From positions 82,391-146,390 of the forward strand of contig JAJYET010000002.1 of the NCBI GenBank assembly GCA_021785655.1: a stretch of DNA of 64,000 nucleotides. The letters run 5' to 3'. Below are positions 38,905-49,077 of this stretch, piece after piece (the first letter of the stretch is position 1; each line of letters starts with the position of its first letter). The notes below the pieces were generated by a model that was not told the origin of the DNA, did not search any database, and saw nothing but the letters and a program-made list of their open reading frames with translations. Made by a program: the position numbers and the translations under genes. The DNA is from a bacterium (GTDB lineage Bacteria; Chloroflexota; Dormibacteria; Aeolococcales; Bog-877).

Positions 38905-39641
38905 TGCGCACCTCCACCAGCCTCGCCGCCCGTCCGGGCGGCGGGTCTCAAATGCCCTGTCGTGTCCGCCTTGAGGAGCAGGTCCGGGCGGATCCGGGAG
39001 GCCCGCTCCAGGGCGGCCCGGCGCCGCCAGGCGGTGATCTTTGCGTGATCGCCGCTGCGAAGCACTGATGGTACCGAAAGTCCCTCGAAGACTGCCGGCC
39101 GCGTGTACTGGGGATACTCCGGGAGCCCCTCCGCGAAGCTCTCGTCGAGGCTTGAGTCAGGGTCCCCGAGCGTCCCCGGCAGGTGCCGGGCCACGGCCTC
39201 GACCAGGGCCATGGCCGCGAGCTCCCCGCCGGCCAGCACGAAGTCCCCGACCGAGACCTCCTCCAGGCCGAGGCCGTCCACCACCCGCTGATCGACCCCC
39301 TCGTACCGGCCACAGACCAGCAGCAAGGACTCCTCCCGGGCCAGCTCCAGCACCAGGCCGGCATCCAAGCGCCTGCCTCCGGCGGACATCAGGATGGGGC
39401 GGGATGGAGCGGATGCCAGCAGGCCGCGCACCGCTGCGAACAGCGGCTCGGGTCGCAGCACCATCCCCGGCCCTCCTCCGAAGGGGGCGTCGTCCACCTG
39501 GCGGCGCGAACCTAGCCCCCAGTTTCTGAGATCGTGAGTCTCCAAGTGGACAACTCCGGTGGCCAGTGCCCGGCCCACCACGCCGGCCCCCAGCGGCCCG
39601 GGAAAGACCTCCGGGAAGAGGGTGAGGACATCAACCCGCAT
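38901..39641 (-). CDS. trmD: tRNA (guanine37-N1)-methyltransferase
   Basis: [11 protein letters not shown]..., GGGPGMV and the SPOUT knot region [13 protein letters not shown] are present. Confidence 0.9.
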   Translation of the reverse strand: MRVDVLTLFPEVFPGPLGAGVVGRALATGVVHLETHDLRNWGLGSRRQVDDAPFGGGPGMVLRPEPLFAAVRGLLASAPSRPILMSAGGRRLDAGLVLELAREESLLLVCGRYEGVDQRVVDGLGLEEVSVGDFVLAGGELAAMALVEAVARHLPGTLGDPDSSLDESFAEGLPEYPQYTRPAVFEGLSVPSVLRSGDHAKITAWRRRAALERASRIRPDLLLKADTTGHLRPAARTGGEAGGGAQ

Positions 39642-40146
39642 CGTCCCACGGCTCCAGGAAACTGCCGGCCACGGTGAGCCGCCCCCCTTCGAGATCCACG
39701 TTCAGGACTGCCGCCCGGACCGCTGGGACCAGGCTCTCCCGTCCCAGACCGCTCACCACCAACACGTCGTTGGCGGGATAGGGCTGAACGTCGGCCACGA
39801 TGCCGCGGTCGACCCCCAGCTCGTCGACCACCCGGAGACCTACCAGCTGGAAGTGGAAGTACTCCCCCCTCGGAAGTGGCCGGACGCTGTCGAAGGGCAC
39901 CTCAAGGTACCCGCCCACCAAACGCAGGGCCGAGGTCCGGTCCTCCACCCCGCTCAGCCGGCAGAGCAGATGGGCGCCAGCGGGGCGAGGCTCCTCGACC
40001 ACCCGGGGCGACCCGTCCAGGAAGACCTCGGTGCCTTGGGGTAGGCGGTCCAAGCCGCCGCCCAGGAGCTCCAGGGCCACCTCGCCCCGCAACCCATGGG
40101 CCCTCAGCACCCGCGCCACCCGCACCCGGTCTGGGGGTTTCGTCAA
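39631..40146 (-). CDS. rimM: 16S rRNA processing protein RimM
   Basis: VARVLRAHGLRGEV is the RimM N-terminal beta-barrel. It has a PRC barrel C-terminus. Confidence 0.85.
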   Translation of the reverse strand: MTKPPDRVRVARVLRAHGLRGEVALELLGGGLDRLPQGTEVFLDGSPRVVEEPRPAGAHLLCRLSGVEDRTSALRLVGGYLEVPFDSVRPLPRGEYFHFQLVGLRVVDELGVDRGIVADVQPYPANDVLVVSGLGRESLVPAVRAAVLNVDLEGGRLTVAGSFLEPWDDAG

Positions 40147-40382
40147 TCGACGACCTCGACCTGCACCCGGTCCCGAGACCGGAGCGATGCGGACCGAACC
40201 ACCATTCGGATGGCCTCCACGTTCCGGCCCTGGCGACCGATCACCCGGCCCAGGTCCTCGGGTGCCGTCCAGATCCGCACCAGGTAGTGGTGTCCCTGCC
40301 CCTCGATCTCGACGCGAACGTCGTCAGGGCGACTGACCAGCTCCCGGACGATGTGGCTGACCAGCTCGGAGTAGTCCGGCAT
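40143..40382 (-). CDS. KH-domain RNA-binding protein (UPF0109/YlqC-like)
   Basis: At 79 aa, it has a GRVIGRQGRNVEAIR KH GxxG loop. It sits between rpsP and rimM, as in Bacillus. Confidence 0.8.
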   Translation of the reverse strand: MPDYSELVSHIVRELVSRPDDVRVEIEGQGHHYLVRIWTAPEDLGRVIGRQGRNVEAIRMVVRSASLRSRDRVQVEVVD

Positions 40383-40386
40383 CGGA

Positions 40387-40812
40387 TCAGCCCTCGGTCT
40401 CGGGAGCCGCCACCACTTCGGGCTCGTCGGCGGCCGGACTGGCGTCCACCTCCTCCTCCAGACCCGCCACCTCTTCTGGCTCCGCCGCGGGGCCGGCCGC
40501 GCGGGAGGGCGCCGGCGCGGCCTCGGGGGCGGCGGCGGCTCCGGCCGAACGGGCCCGGCGGGGCCTCGCCTCCAGCATCCCCTGCCGTTCCAGGAGCTCC
40601 CTCACGGCGTCCGAGGGACGGGCGCCGGTGGCCATCCAGTATCGGATCCGGTCATCCTGCAACTTCACCACCACCGGATCCGGCAGCGGGTCGTAGTACC
40701 CCACCATCTCGATGAACCGTCCGTCACGCGGGGAGCGGGCGTCCGCCACCACCACCCGGTAGAAGGGGCGCTTCTTCGCCCCCATCCGCTTCAGCCGTAT
40801 CTTCACCGCCAT
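40387..40812 (-). CDS. rpsP: 30S ribosomal protein S16 with acidic/Ala-Pro-rich C-terminal extension
   Basis: [41 protein letters not shown] is canonical S16. It has a ~60-aa low-complexity tail. Confidence 0.9.
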   Translation of the reverse strand: MAVKIRLKRMGAKKRPFYRVVVADARSPRDGRFIEMVGYYDPLPDPVVVKLQDDRIRYWMATGARPSDAVRELLERQGMLEARPRRARSAGAAAAPEAAPAPSRAAGPAAEPEEVAGLEEEVDASPAADEPEVVAAPETEG

Positions 40813-40846
40813 TCTCTTCCTCCTCGCTGGGCGCGCTCGACCGCTC

Positions 40847-42214
40847 TCAACCGCCGATCACCGGCGTGCGGCCGCGCGGTGTCTTCAACAGCTCCTGGGC
40901 CAGCCGCCGGCGGCCGCCAGGCCCCGAAAGCCCCTTCATCATCGACCGCATCTGCTCGAACCCCTTGATCAGCCGGGAAACCTCGGCCGCGGTGGTGCCA
41001 CTCCCCCGGGCGATCCGACGGCGGCGCGAGCTGTCCACCATCTCCGGTCTCCGGCGCTCTTCAGGGGTCATGGAGAGCACGATGGCCTCCAACCGCCGCA
41101 GCTCCGTCTCGCCGGGGAGCGCCGAGCCCTGGGCGCGCATCAGCTCCCGCCCGCCCGGCATCAGCCCCAGGATCGATTCCAAGGGACCGAGGCGGCGGAG
41201 CTGGCGCAGCTGGGTCACGAAGTCGTCCAGGGTGAGGCGCCCCTCGCGCATCCGCTCCTGGGCGGAGACCGCCTCCTCCTCGCTTATCTGCTCCTGGCTG
41301 CGCTCGATCAGGGTGAGGACATCGCCCATACCCAGGATCCGGCGCGCCATCCGCTCCGGATGGAAGGGCTCGAGGTCGCGCGGCCGCTCCCCCACGCCGC
41401 AGTACCACACCCTCAGCCCGATGGCGGCGCGCATGGACAGGGCGGCACCACCCCGGGCGTCCCCATCCAGCTTGGTGAGGATGATCCCATCCACCCCCAC
41501 CCGCTCCTTGAAGGAGTCGGCGACGCGCACCGCCTCCTGCCCGGTCATGGCGTCCACGACCAGAAGCGAGTGGTGGACGCGGACCGCGGACCGGATCTCG
41601 GCCAGCTCATCCATCAGGGGTTGGTCCAGGTGCAGACGACCGGAAGTGTCCACCAGGACCACGTCGTGTCCCTGGCGGCGAGCCGCCTGGACGGCCGAGG
41701 CTACCCCGTGGGCCAGCCCCCGGCCCAACTCCGGTACCAGGACCGGGACCTGGTGCTCGGCGGCCAGAATCTGCAGCTGGTCGACAGCTGCCGAGCGCCG
41801 GAGGTCGGCTGCGACCAGGGCGGGCCGGTGCCCCTCCGCCCGCACCAGCAGCGAGAGCTTCACCGCGGTGGTGGTCTTGCCGGCCCCCTGGAGGCCCACC
41901 AAGAGGACCACCGTCGGCGGCTCGGGGCTGTAGGAGAGGGCCTGGTCCTCCCCGCCCAGGAGTTCCACCAGCTCCCCGAAAACCAGCTTGATCACCTGCT
42001 GACCTGGGGTAAGGCTCTGCAGGACGTCGGCCCCCACGGCCCGCTCTCGCACCCGGTCCACGAACTCCCGCGCCACCTTGTAGTTCACATCGGCCTCGAG
42101 AAGGGCGAGCCGGACCTCCCGGAGGCCCGCCTCCACGTCCTCGGCGTCCAGCCGTCCCTTGGCGGTGAGGTGCTTGAAGGCCAGGCCCAACTTGTCGGTG
42201 AGGGTGTCAAACAT
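40847..42214 (-). CDS. ffh: signal recognition particle protein Ffh
   Basis: [10 protein letters not shown]...LLEADVN is the N domain. It has a [10 protein letters not shown] Walker A and a Met-rich C-terminal M domain. Confidence 0.9.
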   Translation of the reverse strand: MFDTLTDKLGLAFKHLTAKGRLDAEDVEAGLREVRLALLEADVNYKVAREFVDRVRERAVGADVLQSLTPGQQVIKLVFGELVELLGGEDQALSYSPEPPTVVLLVGLQGAGKTTTAVKLSLLVRAEGHRPALVAADLRRSAAVDQLQILAAEHQVPVLVPELGRGLAHGVASAVQAARRQGHDVVLVDTSGRLHLDQPLMDELAEIRSAVRVHHSLLVVDAMTGQEAVRVADSFKERVGVDGIILTKLDGDARGGAALSMRAAIGLRVWYCGVGERPRDLEPFHPERMARRILGMGDVLTLIERSQEQISEEEAVSAQERMREGRLTLDDFVTQLRQLRRLGPLESILGLMPGGRELMRAQGSALPGETELRRLEAIVLSMTPEERRRPEMVDSSRRRRIARGSGTTAAEVSRLIKGFEQMRSMMKGLSGPGGRRRLAQELLKTPRGRTPVIGG

Positions 42215-42527
42215 GGGCGCCGTCCCCTGCCGGCCTGCCCGCGAGGCGCCGTTCGAGGTCGGCCACCCTGGCCTCCGCCGCCGCCAGCTGGCCGCAGAGC
42301 CCGAGGCTGGACTCCAGCTCCTCCACCCGGCGCAGTCCCCGGCGGATGAGGTCGTGGGCAGCGGCCCGCGAGACCCCGAGGGACTCGGCCAGCTCGGTCA
42401 CCGACCAGTCCTCCTCGAGGTGTAGCCGCAGGGCCTCGCGCTGACGGTCGGTCAGGACCGGCCCGTAGGCGTCCAGGAGCTGCAGCCGGTGCGACCGGGA
42501 GCGCGCAAGATCAGCTGTCAAAGTCAT
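42207..42527 (-). CDS. ylxM: YlxM/UPF0122 putative DNA-binding protein upstream of ffh
   Basis: RLQLLDAYGPVLTDRQREALRLHLEEDWSVTELAESLGVSRAAAHDLIRRG is a sigma-70 region-4-like HTH typical of YlxM. The start was trimmed to Met28. Confidence 0.7.
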   Translation of the reverse strand: MTLTADLARSRSHRLQLLDAYGPVLTDRQREALRLHLEEDWSVTELAESLGVSRAAAHDLIRRGLRRVEELESSLGLCGQLAAAEARVADLERRLAGRPAGDGAHV

Positions 42528-42614
42528 GCCCTTGACAGGATACAGGGTCGGCGGCGGCGCCCCCAAGGCCTGCCGGGCTCGCGCCGCGCCCCCATGCGAG
42601 TTTGCCACGGGTTG

Positions 42615-42657
42615 GAGCGGGGCGCTCTCGGATGCCGTGGGCCGGGCAGCCCCGCTC
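42615..42657 (-). terminator. GC-rich hairpin (9-bp perfect stem GAGCGGGGC/GCCCCGCTC) between ftsY stop and ylxM start
   Basis: The inverted repeat was read directly in the ftsY-ylxM intergenic region. It could be an intrinsic terminator or attenuator for the minus-strand transcript. There is no clear U-tract. Confidence 0.25.
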
Positions 42658-42673
42658 CCGGGTACGGCCCCGC

Positions 42674-43618
42674 TCAGGCCGGCTCGTCAGCGAGCAGAGC
42701 CGAGACGTAGGCGGTGGGATCGAAGTCGTCGAGGTCGTCCGAGCCCTCGCCGGTTCCCACCAACTTCACCGGGAGATCGAGCTCCCGCTCCACCTGGAAC
42801 ACGTAGCCCCCGCGGGCGCTCCCATCCAGCTTGGTAAGCACCACGCCGGTGGCGCCGATGACCTCGGAGAAGGCGCGGGCCTGGGCCAGCGCGTTGGCTC
42901 CCACGTAGGCATCCAGCACCAGCAGCGACTCCTCAGGCTGGTCGGGGATGCTGGCGGCGATAACCCGACGCACCTTGGCCAGCTCCTGCATGAGGTTGTC
43001 CTTGGTGTGGAGCCGGCCCGCGGTGTCCACCAGGACCAGGTCCCGGTGGCGTGCTCGAGCGGCCTCCATGGCGTCGTACACGACGGCGGCGGGGTCCGCC
43101 CCGGGCCGGTGCCCGACCACATCCACTCCCAGGGGTTCGACCAGCCGGCGGAGCTGATCCTGGGCGGCGGCCCGGAAGGTGTCCCCGGCCGCCACCAGCG
43201 GGGTGAGCCCCTGTGCCTTGATCCGCGCCGCCAGCTTGGCCACGGTGGTGGTCTTCCCCGATCCGTTCACGCCCGCGACCAGCCAGACCCCGGGCGTTCC
43301 GCCCAGGCGCAGCTCCCGATCCCGCCCCACCAGCTTGCTCTCCATCTCCGAGCGCAACCCGGCGAGCAGCTCGGCCGAATCCCGAAGCCGCTCGCGCTCC
43401 GCCCGCTCGCGCAGCCCCTGGACCAGCTCCTCGGCCATCGAGGCGCCGCAGTCGCTGGCCAGCAGCAACTCGAAGATCTCCTCCAGGGTGGCGGCGTCCA
43501 CCGCCCCGTGTGCCAGCCGGGCCCGGATCTGGTGGCCGAGCCCGCTCCCCAGTCGGTCGAGACGGCGGGGAAGCCGCGACCACCACCTGGGCCGGCGCCC
43601 GCTGGCGGGGTCAGACAA
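42674..43618 (-). CDS. ftsY: signal recognition particle receptor FtsY (short form, NG domains)
   Basis: VAGVNGSGKTTTVAKLA (Walker A) and DTAGRLH are present, with the SRP GTPase C-terminus. Confidence 0.9.
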   Translation of the reverse strand: MSDPASGRRPRWWSRLPRRLDRLGSGLGHQIRARLAHGAVDAATLEEIFELLLASDCGASMAEELVQGLRERAERERLRDSAELLAGLRSEMESKLVGRDRELRLGGTPGVWLVAGVNGSGKTTTVAKLAARIKAQGLTPLVAAGDTFRAAAQDQLRRLVEPLGVDVVGHRPGADPAAVVYDAMEAARARHRDLVLVDTAGRLHTKDNLMQELAKVRRVIAASIPDQPEESLLVLDAYVGANALAQARAFSEVIGATGVVLTKLDGSARGGYVFQVERELDLPVKLVGTGEGSDDLDDFDPTAYVSALLADEPA

Positions 43619-46600
43619 ACGCCGCCTCCTCCGGAGCTCCCCGGTACTCCACCGGTGAGCCGTCCGCTCCCAACCGGACCGACAGGACCCGGCTGGCGCC
43701 CCTCCCGTCCTGGGTGACCCCGTAGAGGCGGTCGGCGGCGGCCATGGTGGCCAGGCTGTGAGTCACCAGCACGAACTGGGTGGTGCGGGCTCGCTGGCGC
43801 AGCATGCGCACGAAGCTGCCCACGTTGACCTCATCCAGGGCGGCGTCCACCTCGTCGAAGACGTAGAAGGGGCTGGGCGAGACCTGCTGGATGGCCAGCA
43901 CCAGCGCCAGCGCCGTCAGTGCCCGCTCGCCCCCGGACAGAAGGCCGAGCGGGATCACCCGCTTACCCCGGGGCTGCACCTCCAGGTCCACCCCCGGGAG
44001 CTCCCCGTCGGCACCCGGCACCGACACCAACCGGGCCCGCCCGCCCCCGAACAGCTCTTTCCACACGGACTCGAACTCCGCTGCCACTCGTCCCAAGGTC
44101 GCCCGGTACCTGGCGGCCGTGAGCTGGCCCACCGCTACCGCGACCGCCGAGAGCTCCCTCCTCGCCGCCTCCACGTCCTCGTGGACCCGGCGGAGATCCT
44201 CGGTGCGATCCAGCAGTTCAGCCAGCTGCCCCGGTGCCAGGGCGTTCACCGGCCCGAGCTGGGCCAGCCGCCGCTCCAGACGCCCTAGCTCCTGGGCCGT
44301 CCGGGCGGGATCCTCAACCCGGCTCGCCTGCTCCTCGGGGCCAGACTCCAACTCCGGTCGCCGCTGGGCCGCCGCCGCCTCCCGCCCGGCGAGCTGCGCC
44401 TCCAAGCCGGACACCGAATCCTCAGCCCTCCGAACGTCAGCGCTGAGCTCCGCCCTCCGCCGCTCCAGCTCGGCCAGCCGCGCCAGGGGATCGGCGTCAG
44501 CCGGTGCGCTCGGGGCCATCGCTCCAGCCTCGGCCACCGTTCGGCGAACCAGCCGACCGAGCTCCTCCCGGACGGCCCACTGGCGGCGCATCGCCTGGGC
44601 GGCCGCGGCTTCCGCGTCCCGGGCGCCCTGGGTCGCGGCCAGCACCCGTGCCGAGAGGCGGTCCCGCTGGGCGCGGCGCTCGCGTGAAAGGCGCAGGCTG
44701 GCCTCTCGTCGGGCCTCGAGCTCGGCCCACTGCGAGCGCAGGGTGGCCACCTCGGACCGAGCCTCGGCGAGTCGGGCCTGGACCAGGGACAGCTCTTCCA
44801 GGGTCGTCCCCCTCCGCTCCTCGGCCGCCTCCTGCTCGCGGGTCGCCGCCTCCTCCTCCGCCCGGGCCGAGGCAAGCTCGGCCAGCGCCCCCGAGACCTG
44901 GGGCTGGTGACTCGACAGCTCGGCGTCCAGGGTCGCCATCCGCCGGCCCAGCTCGGCCAGCTCGGCCTCCCCCCGGGCCACCCTGGTCCTCCGAGCTTCG
45001 GCTTCCTCCCGCGCGGCGGCCACCTCGCCCCGAGAGCAGTCCGCCGCCTCCTGGCTGTTCCGGTGCTGGGTCACCGCCCACTCGAGCCGTTCCTCCGCCT
45101 CGCGCACCAGCTGCTCGCGCCGCTCCGTCTCCGACCGGAGGGACCGCAGGGTGGTGGCGCCCACGATGGCCCCGCCACCGCTCTCCGGGGTGCGCTCCCA
45201 CCCGCTGCCCAACACCGTCCCGTCTGGGAGCACCGCCCGGCCCAGGGGCTCCATGCCCAGCCAGGCACTGCCAGCGACCCGATCCGGGGCGAGGCAGACG
45301 AGGGCCAGATGGCTGGCGATGACCTCCAGCGCCAGCGCATCGCCGGTGACCGCGTCCAGGAGCCTGCGGCAGCTCGCGGGCGGGCTGGACCCGGGTCCGC
45401 GCGCCGGCGGAGCCGCCCACACCACCATCTCGGCCGCCCCGCCGCGCCGCGCCAGCCCGCGCTTGGCCTCCTCCTCGGCACCCAGAAGCGCCAGGGCCAA
45501 CTCGCCGAGGGCGGCGTCCACAGCGACGGCGTCATCGGGAGAGAGCGGCCGCACCGCATCGGCCATGGGAGAGAGCGCCAGCTCCCCGGCCTGCACGGCG
45601 GCGGCGATCTCGCGACTGGCTCCCCGCCGCCGGACCCGGGCCTCGGCCTCGGCAAGCTCTCCCGCCGCCTGCCTGGCCGCCCGCTCCGCCTCCTCCAGCT
45701 CCGCCTCCAGGAGGCGTCGGTTGCGGCGGGCCTGCGCTTCAGCCTGGATCTCCATCTCCAGCCGGCCGACCGCAGCTCCCTGGGCCCTGTCGGCCGCCAG
45801 AAGGGCCTCCTGCTCCTGCCCGACCCGCTGCTCCAGCTCTCTGGCCTCGGCCCGGAGCGCGCCGAGGCCCTCCCGAGCCCTGGTCCCCTGCGAGTTGAGC
45901 AGCTCCACCCGTGCTGCCAGCCTCTGGATGGTGCGCGCCGCATTCTGCTGGGCCGCCCGCTGCCTGGCCGCCTCAGCTTCGGACTGCGACAGCTCCCCGC
46001 GCAGACCCGCCTCCCGGCGCTCCAGCTCGCGCACCTCCAGCTCCAGGCCGCTCCGCCGGTCCGCTGTCCCTAACGCGCCCTCCAGCTCGTCCTCGGGGGC
46101 GTCCGGCCCCATCTGCTCCAGGTCCCCGAGAGCCTCACGCCGGAGCCGCAGTGACGCGGCGCGGTCCCGCACGGCCTGGACCGCGCGCTCTCCCCACCTG
46201 GCCGCCTCGCCCTCCAGCCGCTGGCGGCTCAGGGCCAACTCGCCGATGGAGCGCTCGTGCTCCAGCCGGAGCCGCTCGCGAAGCTCCAGCTCCCCTCGCT
46301 CCCGCCGGTAGATCAGCGCGTATTCGGACTCCTGGGCCCGCGCCAGCTCCAGGGCGCGGCGGGCGCCCTGGAGCTGGCGCTCCGCACGCCGCACCTCCGT
46401 GATCGCCTCCAGCCAGGCGGCCCGCTCCAGCCCCCCGCGCATCCGGCGGATCTGACCCTGCAGCGCCGACGCCTCATCCGCCAGCTGGGCCTCGGCCCGC
46501 AGCTCCTCGATCCTGGGCCAGAGCTCCGCCAGCCGGCCTCCAGACCCCTCCAACCACTGGTCCAGGGAGGCCATCCGGGACGCGCTGTCGTCCAGGAGCG

Positions 46601-47114
46601 CCTGGGTCCCGCGGACCCCGGCGGCCTCCTCGATCAGGTGCCGGCGCTGGGCCGGCGTCGCCCGGATGATGGCCTCGATGTCGTTCTGGGCGATGACCGC
46701 GTACCCCGACTGGGCGAGGCCGGTAGCCTCCAGGAGGCGGTACACATCGCGGAGCCGAACCCGCTCGCCGTTGCGCCGGAACTCGCTGCCACCGTCGCGG
46801 AAGACCCTTCGGCTGAGGGCCACCTCCAGGTCCTCGACGGGGAGTCGCCGGTCCTCGTTGTCGAAGGTGATCGAGACCTCGGCCATCCCCTGAGGGGCTC
46901 GCCGTTCGCCACCGGCGAAGATCACATGGTCCAGCCGCTGGCCCCGAAGCTCGCGGGCGCTGGCTCCCCCCAACACCAGGCGGATCGCGTCCACCAGGTT
47001 GGACTTGCCGCTCCCGTTGGGCCCCACGATGGCGGTGATCCCGGCCCCGAGGTTGAGCTCGGTCGCCGCCGCAAAGCTCTTGAACCCCTGGAGCTGGAGG
47101 CGCGTGACCCTCAT
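43611..47114 (-). CDS. smc: chromosome partition protein Smc
   Basis: At 1167 aa, it has the N-terminal head (FKSFA...IVGPNGSGKSN), long coiled coils, a hinge, and the C-terminal signature/Walker B (LSGGERALTALALVLAIQ...FDEVDAALD). Confidence 0.9.
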   Translation of the reverse strand: MRVTRLQLQGFKSFAAATELNLGAGITAIVGPNGSGKSNLVDAIRLVLGGASARELRGQRLDHVIFAGGERRAPQGMAEVSITFDNEDRRLPVEDLEVALSRRVFRDGGSEFRRNGERVRLRDVYRLLEATGLAQSGYAVIAQNDIEAIIRATPAQRRHLIEEAAGVRGTQALLDDSASRMASLDQWLEGSGGRLAELWPRIEELRAEAQLADEASALQGQIRRMRGGLERAAWLEAITEVRRAERQLQGARRALELARAQESEYALIYRRERGELELRERLRLEHERSIGELALSRQRLEGEAARWGERAVQAVRDRAASLRLRREALGDLEQMGPDAPEDELEGALGTADRRSGLELEVRELERREAGLRGELSQSEAEAARQRAAQQNAARTIQRLAARVELLNSQGTRAREGLGALRAEARELEQRVGQEQEALLAADRAQGAAVGRLEMEIQAEAQARRNRRLLEAELEEAERAARQAAGELAEAEARVRRRGASREIAAAVQAGELALSPMADAVRPLSPDDAVAVDAALGELALALLGAEEEAKRGLARRGGAAEMVVWAAPPARGPGSSPPASCRRLLDAVTGDALALEVIASHLALVCLAPDRVAGSAWLGMEPLGRAVLPDGTVLGSGWERTPESGGGAIVGATTLRSLRSETERREQLVREAEERLEWAVTQHRNSQEAADCSRGEVAAAREEAEARRTRVARGEAELAELGRRMATLDAELSSHQPQVSGALAELASARAEEEAATREQEAAEERRGTTLEELSLVQARLAEARSEVATLRSQWAELEARREASLRLSRERRAQRDRLSARVLAATQGARDAEAAAAQAMRRQWAVREELGRLVRRTVAEAGAMAPSAPADADPLARLAELERRRAELSADVRRAEDSVSGLEAQLAGREAAAAQRRPELESGPEEQASRVEDPARTAQELGRLERRLAQLGPVNALAPGQLAELLDRTEDLRRVHEDVEAARRELSAVAVAVGQLTAARYRATLGRVAAEFESVWKELFGGGRARLVSVPGADGELPGVDLEVQPRGKRVIPLGLLSGGERALTALALVLAIQQVSPSPFYVFDEVDAALDEVNVGSFVRMLRQRARTTQFVLVTHSLATMAAADRLYGVTQDGRGASRVLSVRLGADGSPVEYRGAPEEAAFV

Positions 47115-48787
47115 TCCGGGCCGGAGACCACCACCTTGGTCCGACGCCGCCCTCCTCGGTGACCACGCCGGGTGCGGCGGGGAGAGGCCGGACCTTCCGG
47201 CCGAGCTGCGAGCTCCTGGGCCTCCGCATCCGATCCGGATGGCGGACCAAGCTGGGCCGCGTCCGGGGCAGATGCCGGCGGCTCGCCAAGGGCCGGGCCG
47301 GAGGTAGGGGCCCCTGGGCTCCGGCGCGACCGCCGACGGCTGGGAGCAGCCTCCGCGGTGCGGGAGTCGGTGGCGGGCGGCGGCCCGTCCTCTTCCATCC
47401 CCGCCCCCGGCTCTGATGGGGCGGCGGGCGCCACCACGGACCTCGCACGGCTCCGGCGGCGCCGGCGGCGGCCGGCGGCCGCCTCCTCGACGGAGGCCTC
47501 CACCTCGGCGCCCGCGCCCCCCCCGGCCATCGCGGGCGGAACAGCGTCGGGCTCCGCCGCCAGGGCCTCCACCGCCGACCGGGAGCGCGACCGGCGCCGT
47601 TTCCGCCGCGGCGGCGGGGCGTCGTCGCCCGCCACCGGGACCGCTGCCTCAGACGGTGCCACGGTCGCTCCCTGGGGAGGGACCTGGGTCGCCGGGGGCT
47701 CCAGTCCGCCGGGTTGGACCGCGGTCGGCTCTGCCGCGAGCTCCACCGCCGAGCGGGAGCGAGACCGGCGCCGTTTCCGCCGCGGCTGCGGGGCCTCGTC
47801 ACCCGCCAGCGAAACCGCCGCCTCAGACGGCGCCACCGTCGCTCCCTGGGGAGGGACCTGGGCCACCTGGGGCTCCAGTCCGTCGGGTTGGACCGCGGTC
47901 GGCTCCGCCGGGAGCTCCACCGCCGACCGGGAGCGAGACCGGCGCCGTTTCCGCCGCGGCTGCGGGGCCTCGTCGCCCGCCGGCGGAACCGCTGCAAGCG
48001 TCGAGGGCGGAGGGGCCGGCTCCGCCGGCGGGGGCTCCATCTCCCGGGTTGGGACGGCCGCGCTCCGTCCCCGCCTCCGCTTCGGCTCGGGAGCCATGAG
48101 CTTCTCCAGCGCCAGGCGGGCGGCCGCCTGCTCGGCGGCCTGCTTGGTGCCGCCCCGGCCCTCCCCCAGCATCCCGTGCCCCTCAACGGAAACCTGGGAG
48201 AGGTACTGCCGGCTGCGGGCGTCCTGCCCCACCGGCGCGGTGCGGTACTGGGGTGGGCCACCGAGCTTCTCCTGGGCAACGGCCTGGAGTCGGCCCTTGA
48301 AGTTGGGGTCGGTCCAGGCGCTGAGGTCCCCGATCCGGGAGAGGAAGATCCGCCCCGCGCGGCGGTACCCCTGGTCGAGGAAGGTGGCGCCCACCAGGGC
48401 CTCGAAGGCGTTGGCGTGCAGGGAGGTCAGTCGCCTGGCCCCGGACTTCGCCGCTCCCTTGCCGAGGCGGAGGGTCTCCCCCAGGGTCAGCTCCTCGCCC
48501 AGGCGGGCAAGGGCCACCGTGCTCACCAGCGACGAACGGATCTGGGTCAGCTGCCCCTCGTCGTATCCCGGGAAGCGCTTGAACAGGTACTCCCCGGCCA
48601 CCAGCTCCAAGACCGCATCGCCGAGGTACTCGAGCCGCTCGTTGTCGCGCCCCGCCACCCCCCGCTCGTTGATCCACGAGGTGTGGGTCATGGCCTCGCG
48701 CAGCAGCTCTCGCTGCTTGAACCGGAAGCCCAGCCGGGCCTCCAGCTGGTCCAAGCGCTTCTCCGCCTCGGCCTCCAGGGCCGCCAC
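47111..48787 (-). CDS. rnc: ribonuclease III fused to a ~330-aa arginine-rich repetitive C-terminal extension
   Basis: The catalytic domain has the ERLEYLGDAVL RNase III signature. A dsRBD follows (..SRQYLSQVSVEGHGMLGEGRGGTKQAAEQAAARLALEKL). The frame then continues without a stop through three ~58-aa repeats containing PRRKRRRSRSRSAVE and further R-rich blocks. The N-terminal 177 codons of the listed ORF overlap acpP and are rejected. The start is taken at GTG 48787. Confidence 0.8.
   Translation of the reverse strand: MAALEAEAEKRLDQLEARLGFRFKQRELLREAMTHTSWINERGVAGRDNERLEYLGDAVLELVAGEYLFKRFPGYDEGQLTQIRSSLVSTVALARLGEELTLGETLRLGKGAAKSGARRLTSLHANAFEALVGATFLDQGYRRAGRIFLSRIGDLSAWTDPNFKGRLQAVAQEKLGGPPQYRTAPVGQDARSRQYLSQVSVEGHGMLGEGRGGTKQAAEQAAARLALEKLMAPEPKRRRGRSAAVPTREMEPPPAEPAPPPSTLAAVPPAGDEAPQPRRKRRRSRSRSAVELPAEPTAVQPDGLEPQVAQVPPQGATVAPSEAAVSLAGDEAPQPRRKRRRSRSRSAVELAAEPTAVQPGGLEPPATQVPPQGATVAPSEAAVPVAGDDAPPPRRKRRRSRSRSAVEALAAEPDAVPPAMAGGGAGAEVEASVEEAAAGRRRRRRSRARSVVAPAAPSEPGAGMEEDGPPPATDSRTAEAAPSRRRSRRSPGAPTSGPALGEPPASAPDAAQLGPPSGSDAEAQELAARPEGPASPRRTRRGHRGGRRRTKVVVSGPE
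47518..48000. repeat. tandem direct repeats, ~174-bp unit, about 2.7-3 copies, inside the rnc 3' region
   Basis: Near-identical units begin around 47578, 47752 and 47926 (...cgggagcgagaccggcgccgtttccgccgcgg...). Degenerate partial copies flank them. Confidence 0.8.
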
Positions 48788-48828
48788 CTCCTCCGGGGTG
48801 GTCCTTCCTCGGCGGCGGCGGCCCGAGA

Positions 48829-49077
48829 TCAGCTGGCCAGGTCCAGATGCTCCCTCACGTAGTCCCAGGCCTGTCCCACGGTCTGGATCTTCTCCGCGTC
48901 CTCGTCCGGGATCTCCATCCCGTACGCCTCCTCGAAGGCCATGATCAGCTCCACCAGATCCAGCGAGTCCGCGTTCAGGTCCTCCACGAAGTTCGCCTCG
49001 GGAGTCACCTGTTCGGCCTCGACGCCCAGCTGCTCCACCACGATCGCCTGGAAGCCTTCCCACGTCGTGTCTGCCAT
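48829..49077 (-). CDS. acpP: acyl carrier protein
   Basis: [45 protein letters not shown] contains the DSLD phosphopantetheine attachment motif. The start is at the internal Met of the listed ORF. Confidence 0.9.
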   Translation of the reverse strand: MADTTWEGFQAIVVEQLGVEAEQVTPEANFVEDLNADSLDLVELIMAFEEAYGMEIPDEDAEKIQTVGQAWDYVREHLDLAS

